A stretch of 64,000 nt of DNA from Aulosira sp. ZfuVER01 (GCA_034530615.2 JAVRCV020000049.1:253459-317458), one strand, 5' to 3'; shown: positions 20,986 through 31,764, numbered from the stretch's first letter. Notes: generated by a model not told the origin, from the sequence alone. Made by a program: numbers and translations.

Positions 20986-22155
20986 TTACGGTTTGAGTAC
21001 AACTTTGATGCAGTTATCTTGCTTGTTCTTGAAAATTTCGTAGGCGTGGGGTGCTTTTTCAAGAGGTAGGCGGTGGGTGATAATAAATGATGGATCGATG
21101 TCACCCTTTTGAATGTGTTCCAGCAAGGGTTTTACATACCTGTGGACGTGAGTCTGTCCCATTTTCAAAGTCAAACCCTTGTTCATAGCAGCACCCATAG
21201 GTACTTTGTCTATAAAGCCACCGTAGACTCCGGGAATAGATACGTGACCTGCTTTTCTACAAGATACAATTACTTGCCTTAATGCTGTGGGGCGGTCTGT
21301 TTCTAGGCGTACTGCTTGCTTTACTTTGTCGTACACCGCCATCGCATCTGTACCGTGTGCTTCCATCCCCACTGCATCAATACAGGAGTCAGGGCCACGG
21401 CCTCCGGTCATTTCTTTGAGTGCTTCGCCAACATCCATTTCTTCGTAGTTGAGAACTTCAGCTTTAGCGTAGTCTTTAGCCATTTGTAAGCGTTCGGGGA
21501 TGCGGTCAATGGCAATAACCCGTTCTGCACCTAACAAGTATGCGCTTTTAATCGCGAATTGTCCGACTGGGCCACAACCCCATACAGCAACGACATCACC
21601 GGGTTTGATGTTGCAGTTCTCAGCTGCCATGTAGCCTGTGGGGAAGATATCGGTTAAAAATAGTACTTGCTCATCCGTTAAGCCATCAGGAATTTTGAAC
21701 AAGCCGACATCGGCAAAAGGGACTCTGGCGTATTCTGCTTGTCCGCCAGCATAACCACCCAATAAATGTGAGTAGCCAAATAGACCTGATGGGGAATAGC
21801 CCATTTGCTTTTCTGCTAACCAAGCATTGGGGTTAGAGTTATCGCATAAAGACCAGAGATCGCGCTGGCAGAAGAAACAAGAACCACAGGAAATAGTGAA
21901 GGGAACAACTACGCGATCGCCTACTTTCACATGATTCACCGCACTCCCCAATTCAACGACTTCCCCCATAAATTCATGCCCAAGGATATCGCCTTTTTGC
22001 ATTGTGGGGATGTAGCCATTGTAAAGATGCAAATCAGAACCACAAATTGCTGTGGAGGTAATTTTGATAATGGCATCACGGGGGTTAATCAGTTTAGGGT
22101 CAGGAACTGTGTCCACCCGCACATCGTTGACTCCATGCCAGCAAACTGCTTTCAT
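20986..22155 (-). CDS. Zn-dependent alcohol/formaldehyde dehydrogenase (MDR family)
   Basis: ICGSDLH, GHEFMG, CGSCFFC..C, GCGPVG. Confidence 0.93.
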   Translation of the reverse strand: MKAVCWHGVNDVRVDTVPDPKLINPRDAIIKITSTAICGSDLHLYNGYIPTMQKGDILGHEFMGEVVELGSAVNHVKVGDRVVVPFTISCGSCFFCQRDLWSLCDNSNPNAWLAEKQMGYSPSGLFGYSHLLGGYAGGQAEYARVPFADVGLFKIPDGLTDEQVLFLTDIFPTGYMAAENCNIKPGDVVAVWGCGPVGQFAIKSAYLLGAERVIAIDRIPERLQMAKDYAKAEVLNYEEMDVGEALKEMTGGRGPDSCIDAVGMEAHGTDAMAVYDKVKQAVRLETDRPTALRQVIVSCRKAGHVSIPGVYGGFIDKVPMGAAMNKGLTLKMGQTHVHRYVKPLLEHIQKGDIDPSFIITHRLPLEKAPHAYEIFKNKQDNCIKVVLKP

Positions 22156-22351
22156 AATTATTAATCCTTAGGCTGCAAAATTTTTTGGATTTCAGAAGTA
22201 ATATCTTGATTCAGTTTTATTTAGAGACGCGATGATTTGCGCCTCTACAAATCAAGAAATTGCTGACAATATCTTGTGGGATGGGTATTTATTCACCCTA
22301 ACTATGCAATCTGTATGCTCATACCCACCCTAGAATCGTTCTGACTTATTC

Positions 22352-22801
22352 TTAATCCAAATTGAGCTTTTCGCGAATATTATCAGCACCTTCTCTGAGT
22401 TTATTTTTGCTACTCTCAATCAAGTTATTCTCAGGGGTGCCTTTGTAATAAATACCTTCTGGTGTTCTTACTGTCTCACCAATCTTGCCTTGATTGGCAG
22501 TATTGTCATAATATTCTCGATCGTCATTAAAATTTCGTCTGAGATTATTGTCAGCATTTGGATTGAGTTTATCTAGAGCTTTGTCCAATAGGTTCTTGTC
22601 ATTGCTGACATTACCACTGTTATCGGGTGTTCCTTTATAATAGATACCCTCTGGTGTTTTCACAGTCTCAGCTTGTGCCTGCATTCCATTACTGTAGGCG
22701 AAAGTCTGCATTCCCAAAAACGCCAAACCTAGGAGAAAAACTATCATAATCCGGCGCAAAATTACATTCTGTATCCAAGAAAATATACGTGTCATAGACA
22801 T
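22352..22801 (-). CDS. Exported hypothetical protein with a duplicated ETVxTPEGIYYKGTPxN motif
   Basis: N-terminal signal/TM segment. The motif occurs twice. Confidence 0.75.
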   Translation of the reverse strand: MSMTRIFSWIQNVILRRIMIVFLLGLAFLGMQTFAYSNGMQAQAETVKTPEGIYYKGTPDNSGNVSNDKNLLDKALDKLNPNADNNLRRNFNDDREYYDNTANQGKIGETVRTPEGIYYKGTPENNLIESSKNKLREGADNIREKLNLD

Positions 22802-22848
22802 CCTCTGTTGTATTACAATCTGTTTTTTGTTAATAGCTATCAGCTATT

Positions 22849-23000
22849 TCATGTTTTAAGAACAACTTTGATAAAGTTGTCTTATTTTGGTTGAAAAATA
22901 TGGTAGTCGTGGTGCAAGTATCGATGCCAAAACCACCAGTTATTTGTTTCAACGCTTCGCCAGCATCAAATACTAAGAAGTTAATTGTTTTGAGGCTGAT
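22849..23000 (-). pseudogene. Remnant of a second Zn-dependent dehydrogenase paralog
   Basis: Minus-strand fragments TINFLVFDAGEALKQITGGFGIDTC and HDYHIFQPK*DNFIKVVLKT* match [26 protein letters not shown] and [20 protein letters not shown] of 20986..22155. Confidence 0.75.
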
Positions 23001-23165
23001 AAATTTTTTCGTAGTTTCTAGATTCTTCGTCTCTAGATATTGCTTATTGATTAAAAAGACGAAAGACTAAAGAATAGTGCAGCACTACGGATATAAATAT
23101 CCAGTTGAAAAAAGTTAAAAAGCCTATGAAAAAAGCTTTCTTTCCTTTTGCCTACTGCCCTTGTA

Positions 23166-23864
23166 CTAATTGCGTCCTGTCGGTTGACCTTCTGTAGTAG
23201 CGATTTCTCCAGCTTCCATGAGCATTTTGAAGCGGCGCAAATCATCGCCAATTTGCTGTTCTGGTTCTTCACCAAAAAGTTTGGCGATCGCCGCACTCAA
23301 CTGCCCACCAAGAACGTTATACTCCAAAACAACCTTGACTTCCGTACCGCGATCGCCTGGTGCTTTTTGAAAGCGTATAAAACCAGAGTTATCCACATCT
23401 GCATTCGCTACTGAAGCCCAAGAGATAAATTGATTTTCTCGGTCTTCTAAAATGTCTGCATCCCATTCCACGCTGTTACCCAAAGGTGCATTGGCAATCC
23501 AATGCGAACGTGTCTCGTTGTACACCTTCACAGATTTGAGATGCTTCATAAATGTTGGCAAATTCTCAAAGTTGTGCCAAAAGCGGTACAGTTCCTCTGC
23601 GGGTTTATTAATTGTTACCGTCTTTTCAACTTTGATTGGTTTGTTCATGCCTATTGCTTCCTGTGCTTGCTGAATCGTGCTTTGTTTGGTTACACCTTGA
23701 TATATCAGGCCCCCGCCAGCCAAAGCCGTTAGCGCGCCTCGCAAAGAGCCTTGTTTTAAACCCATCAGCACCATAGCGCCGCCACCGATTAAAGAAGCCC
23801 AACGTTCAGCTTCACTGGCTTCACCCTGATTAATGTTTGTTCTATCTCCTGGTGTCGCAGTCAC
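23166..23864 (-). CDS. SRPBCC (cyclase/dehydrase) family protein with N-terminal DUF2892-like helices
   Basis: VEKTVTINKPAEELYRFW.NFENLP.FM.HL..V. GTG start at 23864 preceded by GGGAGG. Confidence 0.88.
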   Translation of the reverse strand: MTATPGDRTNINQGEASEAERWASLIGGGAMVLMGLKQGSLRGALTALAGGGLIYQGVTKQSTIQQAQEAIGMNKPIKVEKTVTINKPAEELYRFWHNFENLPTFMKHLKSVKVYNETRSHWIANAPLGNSVEWDADILEDRENQFISWASVANADVDNSGFIRFQKAPGDRGTEVKVVLEYNVLGGQLSAAIAKLFGEEPEQQIGDDLRRFKMLMEAGEIATTEGQPTGRN

Positions 23865-24005
23865 TTTTTTCCTCCCGATTACAGTAAAATGACCACTGAA
23901 GGCGCAAAGACTCTCTTCTCTCTCTGTGTTCTTTGCGCTACGGACACTTTCCACTTTGGAAAAAATCCTGTATGGAAGTGTCCTCTTCTGTGGTTCCCAA
24001 CCAAA

Positions 24006-25103
24006 TTACATAGCTGTAGCTGCCCCTGTGGTAGCCTTAGGAGGCTTAACCTCGGCTGACACAAGTCGGTGATACAGTGCGACTAATCGCTGTTCGCATG
24101 TCAATAAATCTTGGTAAATTTGTTTGAAAATAGCGGTTGCTACTGGATCTGTAAATTGGGCACATAAATTGCCAATATCGCCAATTCCGGTTTGTAAATC
24201 GCCCAAAGCGCAACGTAGTTGATATACGTCATCGCTACCAGTAAAGCTTGTTTTTACCTTGGCATATTGTTCGGCGATATTTGCAGCTAAGGAGGGTTTT
24301 TCTCCTAGCCTATCGAGGTAAGTTTCTAATTTTTGGATATGGTGCTGTTTAGTGGCAATTAGTTCTTGAAAGATTGATCTTGCGTCTGTATTTGATTCTT
24401 TTTCAAGATATTTCTCTAATGCTTCTAGAGAATAACGCTCACCAGCCAAAGCAGTATTTAAACCTTTAGCGATATCGCCTTTGGTTGAGCCACCCCAAGC
24501 ATCAGCAATTTTCCACCATTCAGCAGATGTATCGGTTTCCTTGGGTAAGGCTGCGTCTTTACCACCGTAACCCAGACGGCTCAAGATAGCTGTGGTGAAA
24601 ATCGCTAAATCCCCAGGTTCACGGGAAGTAATTAAATTGCCATCAACTACTAGCGGCTCATCTATATAGTTTGCGCCAGCATTGATGATGTCTTTGCGAA
24701 TAGCACTGAACCCAGTAATGCGTTTATCTTCGAGCAAATCGCCTTCAATCAAAAGTTGTGGGCCGTGACAAACAGCAGCCACCCATTTTCCTTGTTGTAC
24801 TGCTTCTTGTACGAAGCTTACTGTGTTGGGGTTGCGCCGCATGATGTCGGGAGCCATACCTCCGGGAATGACCACTGCATCATATTCAGATGCGATCACT
24901 TCTGTAGTAGTAGCATCGGGTTGGGTGTTAACTTTGCCATGCTTACCCTTATATTTCTCATTCATGCGAGAACCGAGGATAACTACCTCCATTCCCGCTT
25001 GTTTTAAGCCATTATAAGGAACAGTAAATTCTGAATCCTCTACTCCATTTTCAATGAGGATCGCAACTTTTTTCTTACTGGAATGACTGTTATGGTGTAC
25101 CAT
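24006..25103 (-). CDS. DJ-1/PfpI family protein fused to a ferritin-like C-terminal domain
   Basis: ENGVEDSE, IPGG, AAVCHGPQ, DGNLITSR. C-terminal LNTALAGE...KQHHI..LE..L.RLGE.P. Confidence 0.85.
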   Translation of the reverse strand: MVHHNSHSSKKKVAILIENGVEDSEFTVPYNGLKQAGMEVVILGSRMNEKYKGKHGKVNTQPDATTTEVIASEYDAVVIPGGMAPDIMRRNPNTVSFVQEAVQQGKWVAAVCHGPQLLIEGDLLEDKRITGFSAIRKDIINAGANYIDEPLVVDGNLITSREPGDLAIFTTAILSRLGYGGKDAALPKETDTSAEWWKIADAWGGSTKGDIAKGLNTALAGERYSLEALEKYLEKESNTDARSIFQELIATKQHHIQKLETYLDRLGEKPSLAANIAEQYAKVKTSFTGSDDVYQLRCALGDLQTGIGDIGNLCAQFTDPVATAIFKQIYQDLLTCEQRLVALYHRLVSAEVKPPKATTGAATAM

Positions 25104-25223
25104 CTGATTTTCCTATGTCACTATAGAATTCAATTAGCTAAAATAGTCAATTAATTTGGTAATTTGCCTCATCAAAAAGGCTGATTTCTTCCTCAAATCT
25201 CATAAATTTTGAATTGGCGATTA

Positions 25224-25622
25224 TCAGGAAACTTCCCTAGTCGGTGCGCTAGTAAACAGTTCTTCGTAATCGTGAGAGAAATGGGTGTGAAAAGCCGTAA
25301 ATTTTTCTGGTGTCACAGCATTTTCTAAGACTGTAAAAACAGCACGCACATGATTTACAGCAATTATTGGATCGATATTTTCTTTTTGACTTGTACGGGC
25401 AATAAATTCTTGTAATTTGAAGGATTGAGCAGATTCTTCCTGAATTGCTTCTAAATAGTTGCTCAGTTCATTAGGTAACTGGGCAGCTAATTCCTTGGCT
25501 GCATCAGATCCAATTCGTTCTTTAATCGTTTCCAATGTGGCACGGGTAGCCCTTTCTGCCTCTGCACGAGAATTGGATTGAGCTAGGCTTTGTACGTGGG
25601 TAATAAACTCGTTGTATTCCAC
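25224..25622 (-). CDS. DUF2267 family protein
   Basis: YNEFI..VQ..AERATRATLETIKERI..A.ELAAQLP. GTG start at 25622 with GGAGG SD. Confidence 0.82.
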   Translation of the reverse strand: MEYNEFITHVQSLAQSNSRAEAERATRATLETIKERIGSDAAKELAAQLPNELSNYLEAIQEESAQSFKLQEFIARTSQKENIDPIIAVNHVRAVFTVLENAVTPEKFTAFHTHFSHDYEELFTSAPTREVS

Positions 25623-25967
25623 TGTGTACCTCCGGTTCTCCCGATAAATGCTAAGATTTAGCATTCAAATAGCTGAAAGAAAAAATCAAATTCAAAAAAT
25701 ATTGATTAAACCAATACTTAAGGTTTTTAAATAAAAATTAGTTATAAGCAATAAGCGAGTAAGCAAAACTTTTATGTTTATTAACTTATTACTCATAACT
25801 AATAACTTCAACTACACGGGGTTTGACCATGAATTCATATTTACCAGAGTATGGTTCAAATACTAAATTATCGTCGTTCTCAGGGGATAGATTCTTTTAT
25901 TTCTAAAGTAATACATCCTTAGTTAGACAAGCTTCTGTTAGGAAAAGGTTATGGTGTAGATACAGAA

Positions 25968-26375
25968 ATGGCTAGAATTATGGCAGAAAAAAATCGTAAT
26001 GAAGAAATAAACTCTGATGATTTGCCTCAAGCAATTACCGAATCTTACGGCACTGGTGTAAAAGACCTGCCAGGATACAATATTGGTGGGCGCTCTATGC
26101 AAGCAGAACGACGCGAGTATACAGAAACTAGCCCCGAACTCACTGGTGGCGATGTTGACGCTTATTGGGAAGATGCAGATGCAGTTGGAGATGAAGCGGT
26201 TGGTGGTACTGCTCCCACTCCCGATCAAAATGTTACTGAGGAATTAGAAGCAGCAGTTGGGCTAGAAATGGACGATCGCAGTTTTCTCCGCACCAATGAT
26301 ATTTTAGAAGAGCGTGACGATCGCCGTTGGGAGTTAGATCCTCTGTCTTCTGAGGATTATCAAGAACGAAAATAG
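25968..26375 (+). CDS. Acidic conserved protein (DUF6335-like)
   Basis: SPELTGGDVDA.W..A..VGDEAVGG..PTPDQNV..EL..AVG...RWELDP.SSED. Confidence 0.8.
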   Translation: MARIMAEKNRNEEINSDDLPQAITESYGTGVKDLPGYNIGGRSMQAERREYTETSPELTGGDVDAYWEDADAVGDEAVGGTAPTPDQNVTEELEAAVGLEMDDRSFLRTNDILEERDDRRWELDPLSSEDYQERK

Positions 26376-26401
26376 GTGATAAATCTTACTTGCTAAACTC
26401 C

Positions 26402-26436
26402 TAGATCCCCGAATTCTTCAAGAATTCGGGGATCTA
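26402..26436 (+). terminator. Perfect long hairpin after the DUF6335-like gene
   Basis: tagatccccgaattctt-c-aagaattcggggatcta. Confidence 0.6.
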
Positions 26437-26476
26437 AATTGCTTTCACGCCTAGAGCGATCGCACATAAAATAGAT

Positions 26477-26740
26477 GAAACAGATCTGAGAAAAACTGAT
26501 TTAAATAGCGCAGATTTGAGCTATGCTAAACTCAGTTGAGCTTTTCTCTGGAGAGCGAATTCGAGTTTGGGAATCTGACGGGATAATTTGTTTACCAATC
26601 TCAGAGAAACTGGCTAATGTGAATCAAACCTCAGTTATGCCAAATGCGGCAGTGTAGTTCTCCTCAAGACTGACGAAGTGGGGCTGATTTCACAAAGATA
26701 AATTGCCAATCCTGACTTGAGAGGAGCAACTATATCCCAT
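26477..26740 (+). pseudogene. Degraded pentapeptide-repeat protein gene
   Basis: Fragments ETDLRKTDLNSADLSYAKLS*AFLWRAN, SNLSYAK, GADFTK and DLRGATI, with stops and frameshifts. Confidence 0.7.
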
Positions 26741-26941
26741 TTTGTAGGTAAAAAATAGGCTGACTCCTGTTTTTGACTGTCAATTATCCTCTGCCTATCT
26801 TGCGTAATCCTTACTCCTACTAAACTCTGAGCAGGCTTTGGAAACTTTGCCAACCTCAGGTTAATTTTTGAAAAGTTTAGTTTCCTTGGTTATCTATATA
26901 GCCATAGAGTTATATAGAAATTAAAAAATTAGGAATCAAGT

Positions 26942-27694
26942 ATGAGTAGCGATCTAGCAACTAAGTTACGGGAAGGAACGAGACAATCCCATACAATGGC
27001 GGAAAATACGGCGTTTATGAAATGTTTCCTTAAAGGGATTGTCGAAAAAGAGCCGTTCCGCAAACTGATAGCCAACTTGTATTTAGTCTATAGTGCCTTG
27101 GAAGAACAGCTTCAACGTTATAGCACTCATCCTGTAGTTAGTTTAATTTATTTTCCGGTGTTGAACCGGAAGACAAATTTAGAGAAAGACCTCGCTTTTT
27201 ACTACGGTGAGGACTGGCACGAGCAAATAGTGGCGCTGGAAGCAGGTAAAGTTTATGTGGCGCGAATCAACGAAGTAGCCAACACCGAACCTGCATTACT
27301 AGTTGCTCATGCTTATGTGCGCTATATGGGAGATTTGTCTGGGGGACAAAGTTTGAAAAAAATTGTCCGTTCAGCACTGGAATTACCAGCAGATAAAGGA
27401 ACCGGACTCCATGAATTTGAGCAACTACCTACGATTGAAGCCATCAGAGCATTTAAAGCGCAGTATCGTGATGCATTGAATGCATTACCAGTAGATGATG
27501 CTTTAGCGGAAAAAATTGTTGCAGAAGCAAATTATGCTTTTGAACTCAATCGTAATGTTGTGCATGAGTTAGAAGCTGATGTGAAAGCTGCAATTGGCGA
27601 TCGCATTTTTGATCTAATTACGCGCCAAGATCTACCCGGTAGCACAGAACATTCACATGGTAATACTTCAGTAAAACTCGTTGCAGCTGAATAA
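26942..27694 (+). CDS. ho2: Heme oxygenase (biliverdin-producing), low-oxygen Ho2-type by context
   Basis: LREGT..SHTMAENT.FMKCFLKG, AHAYVRYMGDLSGGQ, EANYAF.LN. Confidence 0.88.
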   Translation: MSSDLATKLREGTRQSHTMAENTAFMKCFLKGIVEKEPFRKLIANLYLVYSALEEQLQRYSTHPVVSLIYFPVLNRKTNLEKDLAFYYGEDWHEQIVALEAGKVYVARINEVANTEPALLVAHAYVRYMGDLSGGQSLKKIVRSALELPADKGTGLHEFEQLPTIEAIRAFKAQYRDALNALPVDDALAEKIVAEANYAFELNRNVVHELEADVKAAIGDRIFDLITRQDLPGSTEHSHGNTSVKLVAAE

Positions 27695-27965
27695 GCATCA
27701 ACATCAACAGTGAAATTTAAGGACGAGTGTAGGTATCTTTTCTCTACAAACTGGATACCTGCACTGATGAAAGATTGTACCACTTTAGATTTTGGATTTT
27801 GGATTAAAAAAGAGTTAGTAAAAAACCTTTATTCCTCCATCTTTCATCATCATTTTTTCCAATTGGTATTAATGAGCTTTTAGTGGGGTGATACCTACAA
27901 GAGTAATTTTGACATTCCCATATAGCCACTATCACCAGATTAAAACATTCAAGGTTATTAGCATC

Positions 27966-29363
27966 ATGAAACTTGCAACGCAAACTGTCCAATTCAACTC
28001 GGAGCTACTCAAAAAATACGACCAAGCTTTGCCTCGATACACAAGTTATCCCCCAGCAACGGAGTTAAAAGAAAATTTTGGCGAGTTGGATTTGCGATCG
28101 GCTATTGCAGTAGGCAATTATAAAAATACTCCTCTCTCTCTCTACTTTCATATTCCTTTTTGTGAGACTGCCTGCTATTTTTGCGGTTGTAATACAATTA
28201 TTACCAAAAAGAAAGAAATAGTCGCTCCATATTTAAATTATGTGGTGCGTAATATCCGGCAATTTTCTGAGCTAATTTCCTCAAGACGCCAAGTACATCA
28301 ACTACATTTTGGAGGTGGGACGCCTAATTATTTAAGTAAAGAACAAATGTATTTTCTCTGGAATACGATTAATAGCCAATTTAATTTAGACACACAAGCA
28401 GAAGTTTCCATTGAAATCAATCCTAGATATGTTGATAAAAACTATATCTTTTTCTTGAAAAACTTAGGCTTTAACCGCATTAGCTTTGGCATTCAAGATT
28501 TTAACTATCAAGTGCAAGCAGCTATTAACCGCGTCCAACCGGAAGCTATGCTTTTTGATGTAATGGAATGGATTCGGGATGCTGGATTTGAGAGCGTTAA
28601 TGTTGATTTAATTTATGGCTTACCTTATCAAAGCCTTGCTAGCTTTAAAAACACAATTGCCAAAACCATAAAACTCGATCCCGATCGAATTGCTGTTTTT
28701 AACTTTGCTTATGTACCTTGGATGAAGCCTGTACAAAAAAAGATTCCGCAGTCAGCATTACCTCAAGCTTCAGAAAAATTAGATATTCTTCAGATGACTA
28801 TCGAAGAATTAACAGCAAATGGTTATTGGTTTATTGGTATGGATCACTTTGCCAAACCCAATGATGAACTTACCATTGCCCAACAAAAAGGACAACTCCA
28901 CAGAAATTTCCAAGGATACACAACAAAACCAGAATCGGATTTATTTGGCTTTGGGATTACTTCTATTAGTATGCTGCATGATGTTTACGTACAAAATATT
29001 AAGCAGCTAAAAAGTTACTATCAAGCAATTAATACTGGCATTATGCCAATTGAAAAAGGAGTAAGTCTTAATCGAGACGATATTCTCCGACGGAATGTAA
29101 TTATGGAATTGATGTGTCAGTTTCAACTCTCGGTTAATGATGTAGAAGAAAAATATCATATAGCTTTTGATACGGATTTTAATGAGTATTTTGCTAGAGA
29201 ATTATCTGAGTTGAAATTGCTAGAATCTGATGGATTGATTCGGATGTTACCAAATGGCATTGAGGTGACACCGAGTGGCAGATTACTGATTAGAAATATT
29301 GCCTCCGTCTTCGATGCTCATACCAGACAGAGAAAAAATGCAGCTTTTTCTAAAGCGATTTGA
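27966..29363 (+). CDS. hemN: Oxygen-independent coproporphyrinogen III oxidase
   Basis: PRYTSYP, YFHIPFCETACYFCGC, HFGGGTP, GMDHFA, LHRNFQGY. Confidence 0.95.
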   Translation: MKLATQTVQFNSELLKKYDQALPRYTSYPPATELKENFGELDLRSAIAVGNYKNTPLSLYFHIPFCETACYFCGCNTIITKKKEIVAPYLNYVVRNIRQFSELISSRRQVHQLHFGGGTPNYLSKEQMYFLWNTINSQFNLDTQAEVSIEINPRYVDKNYIFFLKNLGFNRISFGIQDFNYQVQAAINRVQPEAMLFDVMEWIRDAGFESVNVDLIYGLPYQSLASFKNTIAKTIKLDPDRIAVFNFAYVPWMKPVQKKIPQSALPQASEKLDILQMTIEELTANGYWFIGMDHFAKPNDELTIAQQKGQLHRNFQGYTTKPESDLFGFGITSISMLHDVYVQNIKQLKSYYQAINTGIMPIEKGVSLNRDDILRRNVIMELMCQFQLSVNDVEEKYHIAFDTDFNEYFARELSELKLLESDGLIRMLPNGIEVTPSGRLLIRNIASVFDAHTRQRKNAAFSKAI

Positions 29364-29591
29364 AGAAGGCAGGAGGCAGAAGGCAGAAGGTAATTAAAGA
29401 TGATGTAGTTTTCTTCTAATTGTAGACCACTAAAATTGTGATTTGGTAATGGTCTGAAAACTAGTTTGGATAAAGTAAAAGAGCATTAATATCCTTTACA
29501 ACATCTTACCTTCTGCCATCTGCCATTTGCCTTCTGCCTTCAAATAATTTCATCCTTTCTCACCCCTCTTTTTAGCAGCAGGAAGAAAATT

Positions 29592-31214
29592 ATGCGTATC
29601 ATGATGATTCAACCCAACTATCATTCTGGTGGTGCGGAAATTGCTGGTAATTGGCCGCCTAGTTGGGTTCCTTATGTTGGTGGAGCATTAAAGCAGGCTG
29701 GCTTTACCGATATCCGCTTTGTTGATGCGATGACAGACTATATTCCTGATGATGTCTTAGCAGAAATTATCGCTAAATATCAACCGGATGTAGTACTAGC
29801 AACGGCGATTACGCCGATGATTTATCAATCGCAAATAACTCTGAAAATTGTTAAAGAAGTTTGCCCGCAAGCAACGACAATTATGGGCGGGGTTCACCCT
29901 ACCTATATGTACAATGAAGTTCTTAACGAAGCACCTTGGGTAGATTACATTATCCGAGGCGAAGGCGAAGAGATTACAGTTAATTTACTCCGGGCGATCG
30001 CCAATGGTACAGATGAGAGCGATCGCCGTAATATTTTAGGTATTGCTTTCCTCGAAGATGGTAAGGTGATAGCGACACCAGCCCATCCCCCAATTGCTGA
30101 TTTAGATACCCTCACCCCAGATTGGGATCTCTTAGATTGGAAGAAATATATTTACACTCCTCTCAACGTCCGGGTAGCTGTACCCAACTATGCTAGAGGA
30201 TGTCCATTTACCTGCCGTTTTTGCTCTCAGTGGAAATTCTGGCGCAAATATCGTTCCGGTTCTCCCAAGCGCTTTGTCGATGAAATTGAAATCTTGGTGA
30301 AAAAACACAAGGTAGGCTTTTTCATTCTGGCTGACGAAGAACCGACAATCAACAAACCCAAATTTATCGCCTTATGTAACGAATTAATCGAACGTAATTT
30401 GGGTGTGCATTGGGGTATTAATACTCGAGTTACAGATATTTTGCGGGATGAACAAGAATTACCTCTTTACCGCAAAGCTGGACTAGTTCACGTTTCTTTA
30501 GGTACAGAAGCCGCAGCCCAATTAAAGCTGAACTTGTTCCGCAAAGAAACCACAATTGAACAAAACAAGCGGGCAATCCAACTGTTAAAACAAAATGGGA
30601 TGGTTGCCGAAGCGCAATTCATTATGGGTTTAGAGAACGAAACTCCAGAGACAATTGAACAAACTTATAAAATGGCTTTGGATTGGAAACCAGACATGGT
30701 GAACTGGAATATGTTTACCCCTTGGCCATTTTCAGAATTATTTCAAGAATTAGGCGATCGCGTCGAAGTGCGAGATTATTCTCAATATAACTTTGTCACG
30801 CCAATCATGAAGCCAAACGCAATGGAACGGGAGGAAGTTCTCAAAGGAGTGCTGCGGAACTATGCTCGTTTCTATCTGCGCAAAACGATTGAGTATTGGT
30901 TTGTCAAAGATCCCTTTAAGCGAAAATATCTTTTAGGCTGCTTGAAGGCTTTTGCTCAAACTACCCTCAACAAACGCTTCTACAACCTGAAGCGGGTGAA
31001 ATATAAAGGACTACATACCGAAATTGAGTTAGGTTTTGATGAGTCCAAAATTCTCACTCGCGAACAAATCGCCCAACGCAAAGAACAACATCCAGAATTG
31101 TCAGCAGATGTAAATTTTACTGGCAATACCGGCGATATTTCCGCTTGTGGCGCACCCAACGATCTACCGGAATATCATGGTGACGAACAGGATGTGCCGA
31201 GTATGAAGATATAA
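29592..31214 (+). CDS. bchE: Anaerobic Mg-protoporphyrin IX monomethyl ester cyclase (B12-binding radical SAM)
   Basis: PNYHSGGAEIAGNWPP N-terminus, RGCPFTCRFCSQWKFWR, LADEEPTIN, SLGTEAAAQ. Confidence 0.93.
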   Translation: MRIMMIQPNYHSGGAEIAGNWPPSWVPYVGGALKQAGFTDIRFVDAMTDYIPDDVLAEIIAKYQPDVVLATAITPMIYQSQITLKIVKEVCPQATTIMGGVHPTYMYNEVLNEAPWVDYIIRGEGEEITVNLLRAIANGTDESDRRNILGIAFLEDGKVIATPAHPPIADLDTLTPDWDLLDWKKYIYTPLNVRVAVPNYARGCPFTCRFCSQWKFWRKYRSGSPKRFVDEIEILVKKHKVGFFILADEEPTINKPKFIALCNELIERNLGVHWGINTRVTDILRDEQELPLYRKAGLVHVSLGTEAAAQLKLNLFRKETTIEQNKRAIQLLKQNGMVAEAQFIMGLENETPETIEQTYKMALDWKPDMVNWNMFTPWPFSELFQELGDRVEVRDYSQYNFVTPIMKPNAMEREEVLKGVLRNYARFYLRKTIEYWFVKDPFKRKYLLGCLKAFAQTTLNKRFYNLKRVKYKGLHTEIELGFDESKILTREQIAQRKEQHPELSADVNFTGNTGDISACGAPNDLPEYHGDEQDVPSMKI

Positions 31215-31244
31215 GGAATGAGAAAATAGAACTCTTCTAGACTC

Positions 31245-31272
31245 TCCCACACCCATAACTAAAGGTGTGGGA
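31245..31272 (+). terminator. Hairpin after bchE
   Basis: tcccacacc...ggtgtggga. Confidence 0.5.
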
Positions 31273-31503
31273 TTCTTGCTGGAAAAGGCTTTTCGTTGTA
31301 CTTTGTAAAAATTCTTCGTGCCTTTGTATTTTTAGGGAAACACACTGTTGCGATAATTTAAGCTGACATTCAGTATTTACAAAATCTGGGACGCTTTATA
31401 CAAAGACTATTAGAAGCTGCAACGAAATTTTGTAGTCCCACATCAATGTAATAAAACTACTCTAAGTAGCATTATTTGCGGCCACACTTAGGAGTTTTCT
31501 GCC

Positions 31504-31764
31504 TTAAAACTTTAAAACAACATTTGACCCTAAAGGCATGATAGCAGTCGCAAAATGAGTGTTTTGGGTATCAGGGTTAACCCATTCTTTAATCAATACA
31601 AACTCAGTTTCTGGGTCATAAAATAAAACTGCTAAGGATATTTGACCTTCCCAGGAATAATGCACATTACCATCTTTAGAGAAGTACACAGCACCTCTGC
31701 CATGTGCATAAAAACCACTTAAGGCAGTTCTAGCAAGAGTATTCCAAGAAACAAATTTCATCAT
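31504..31764 (-). CDS. Hypothetical protein
   Basis: 86-aa ORF with a GAGGTG SD-like sequence. GRGAV...YDPETEFV motif. Confidence 0.65.
   Translation of the reverse strand: MMKFVSWNTLARTALSGFYAHGRGAVYFSKDGNVHYSWEGQISLAVLFYDPETEFVLIKEWVNPDTQNTHFATAIMPLGSNVVLKF

Noticed and set aside
26830..26900. ChlR operator upstream of ho2 (aacctcaggtt; tttccttggtta)
   Set aside because: Palindromic, but does not match the TTMCC-N3/4-GGWAA consensus as I recall it well enough to call.
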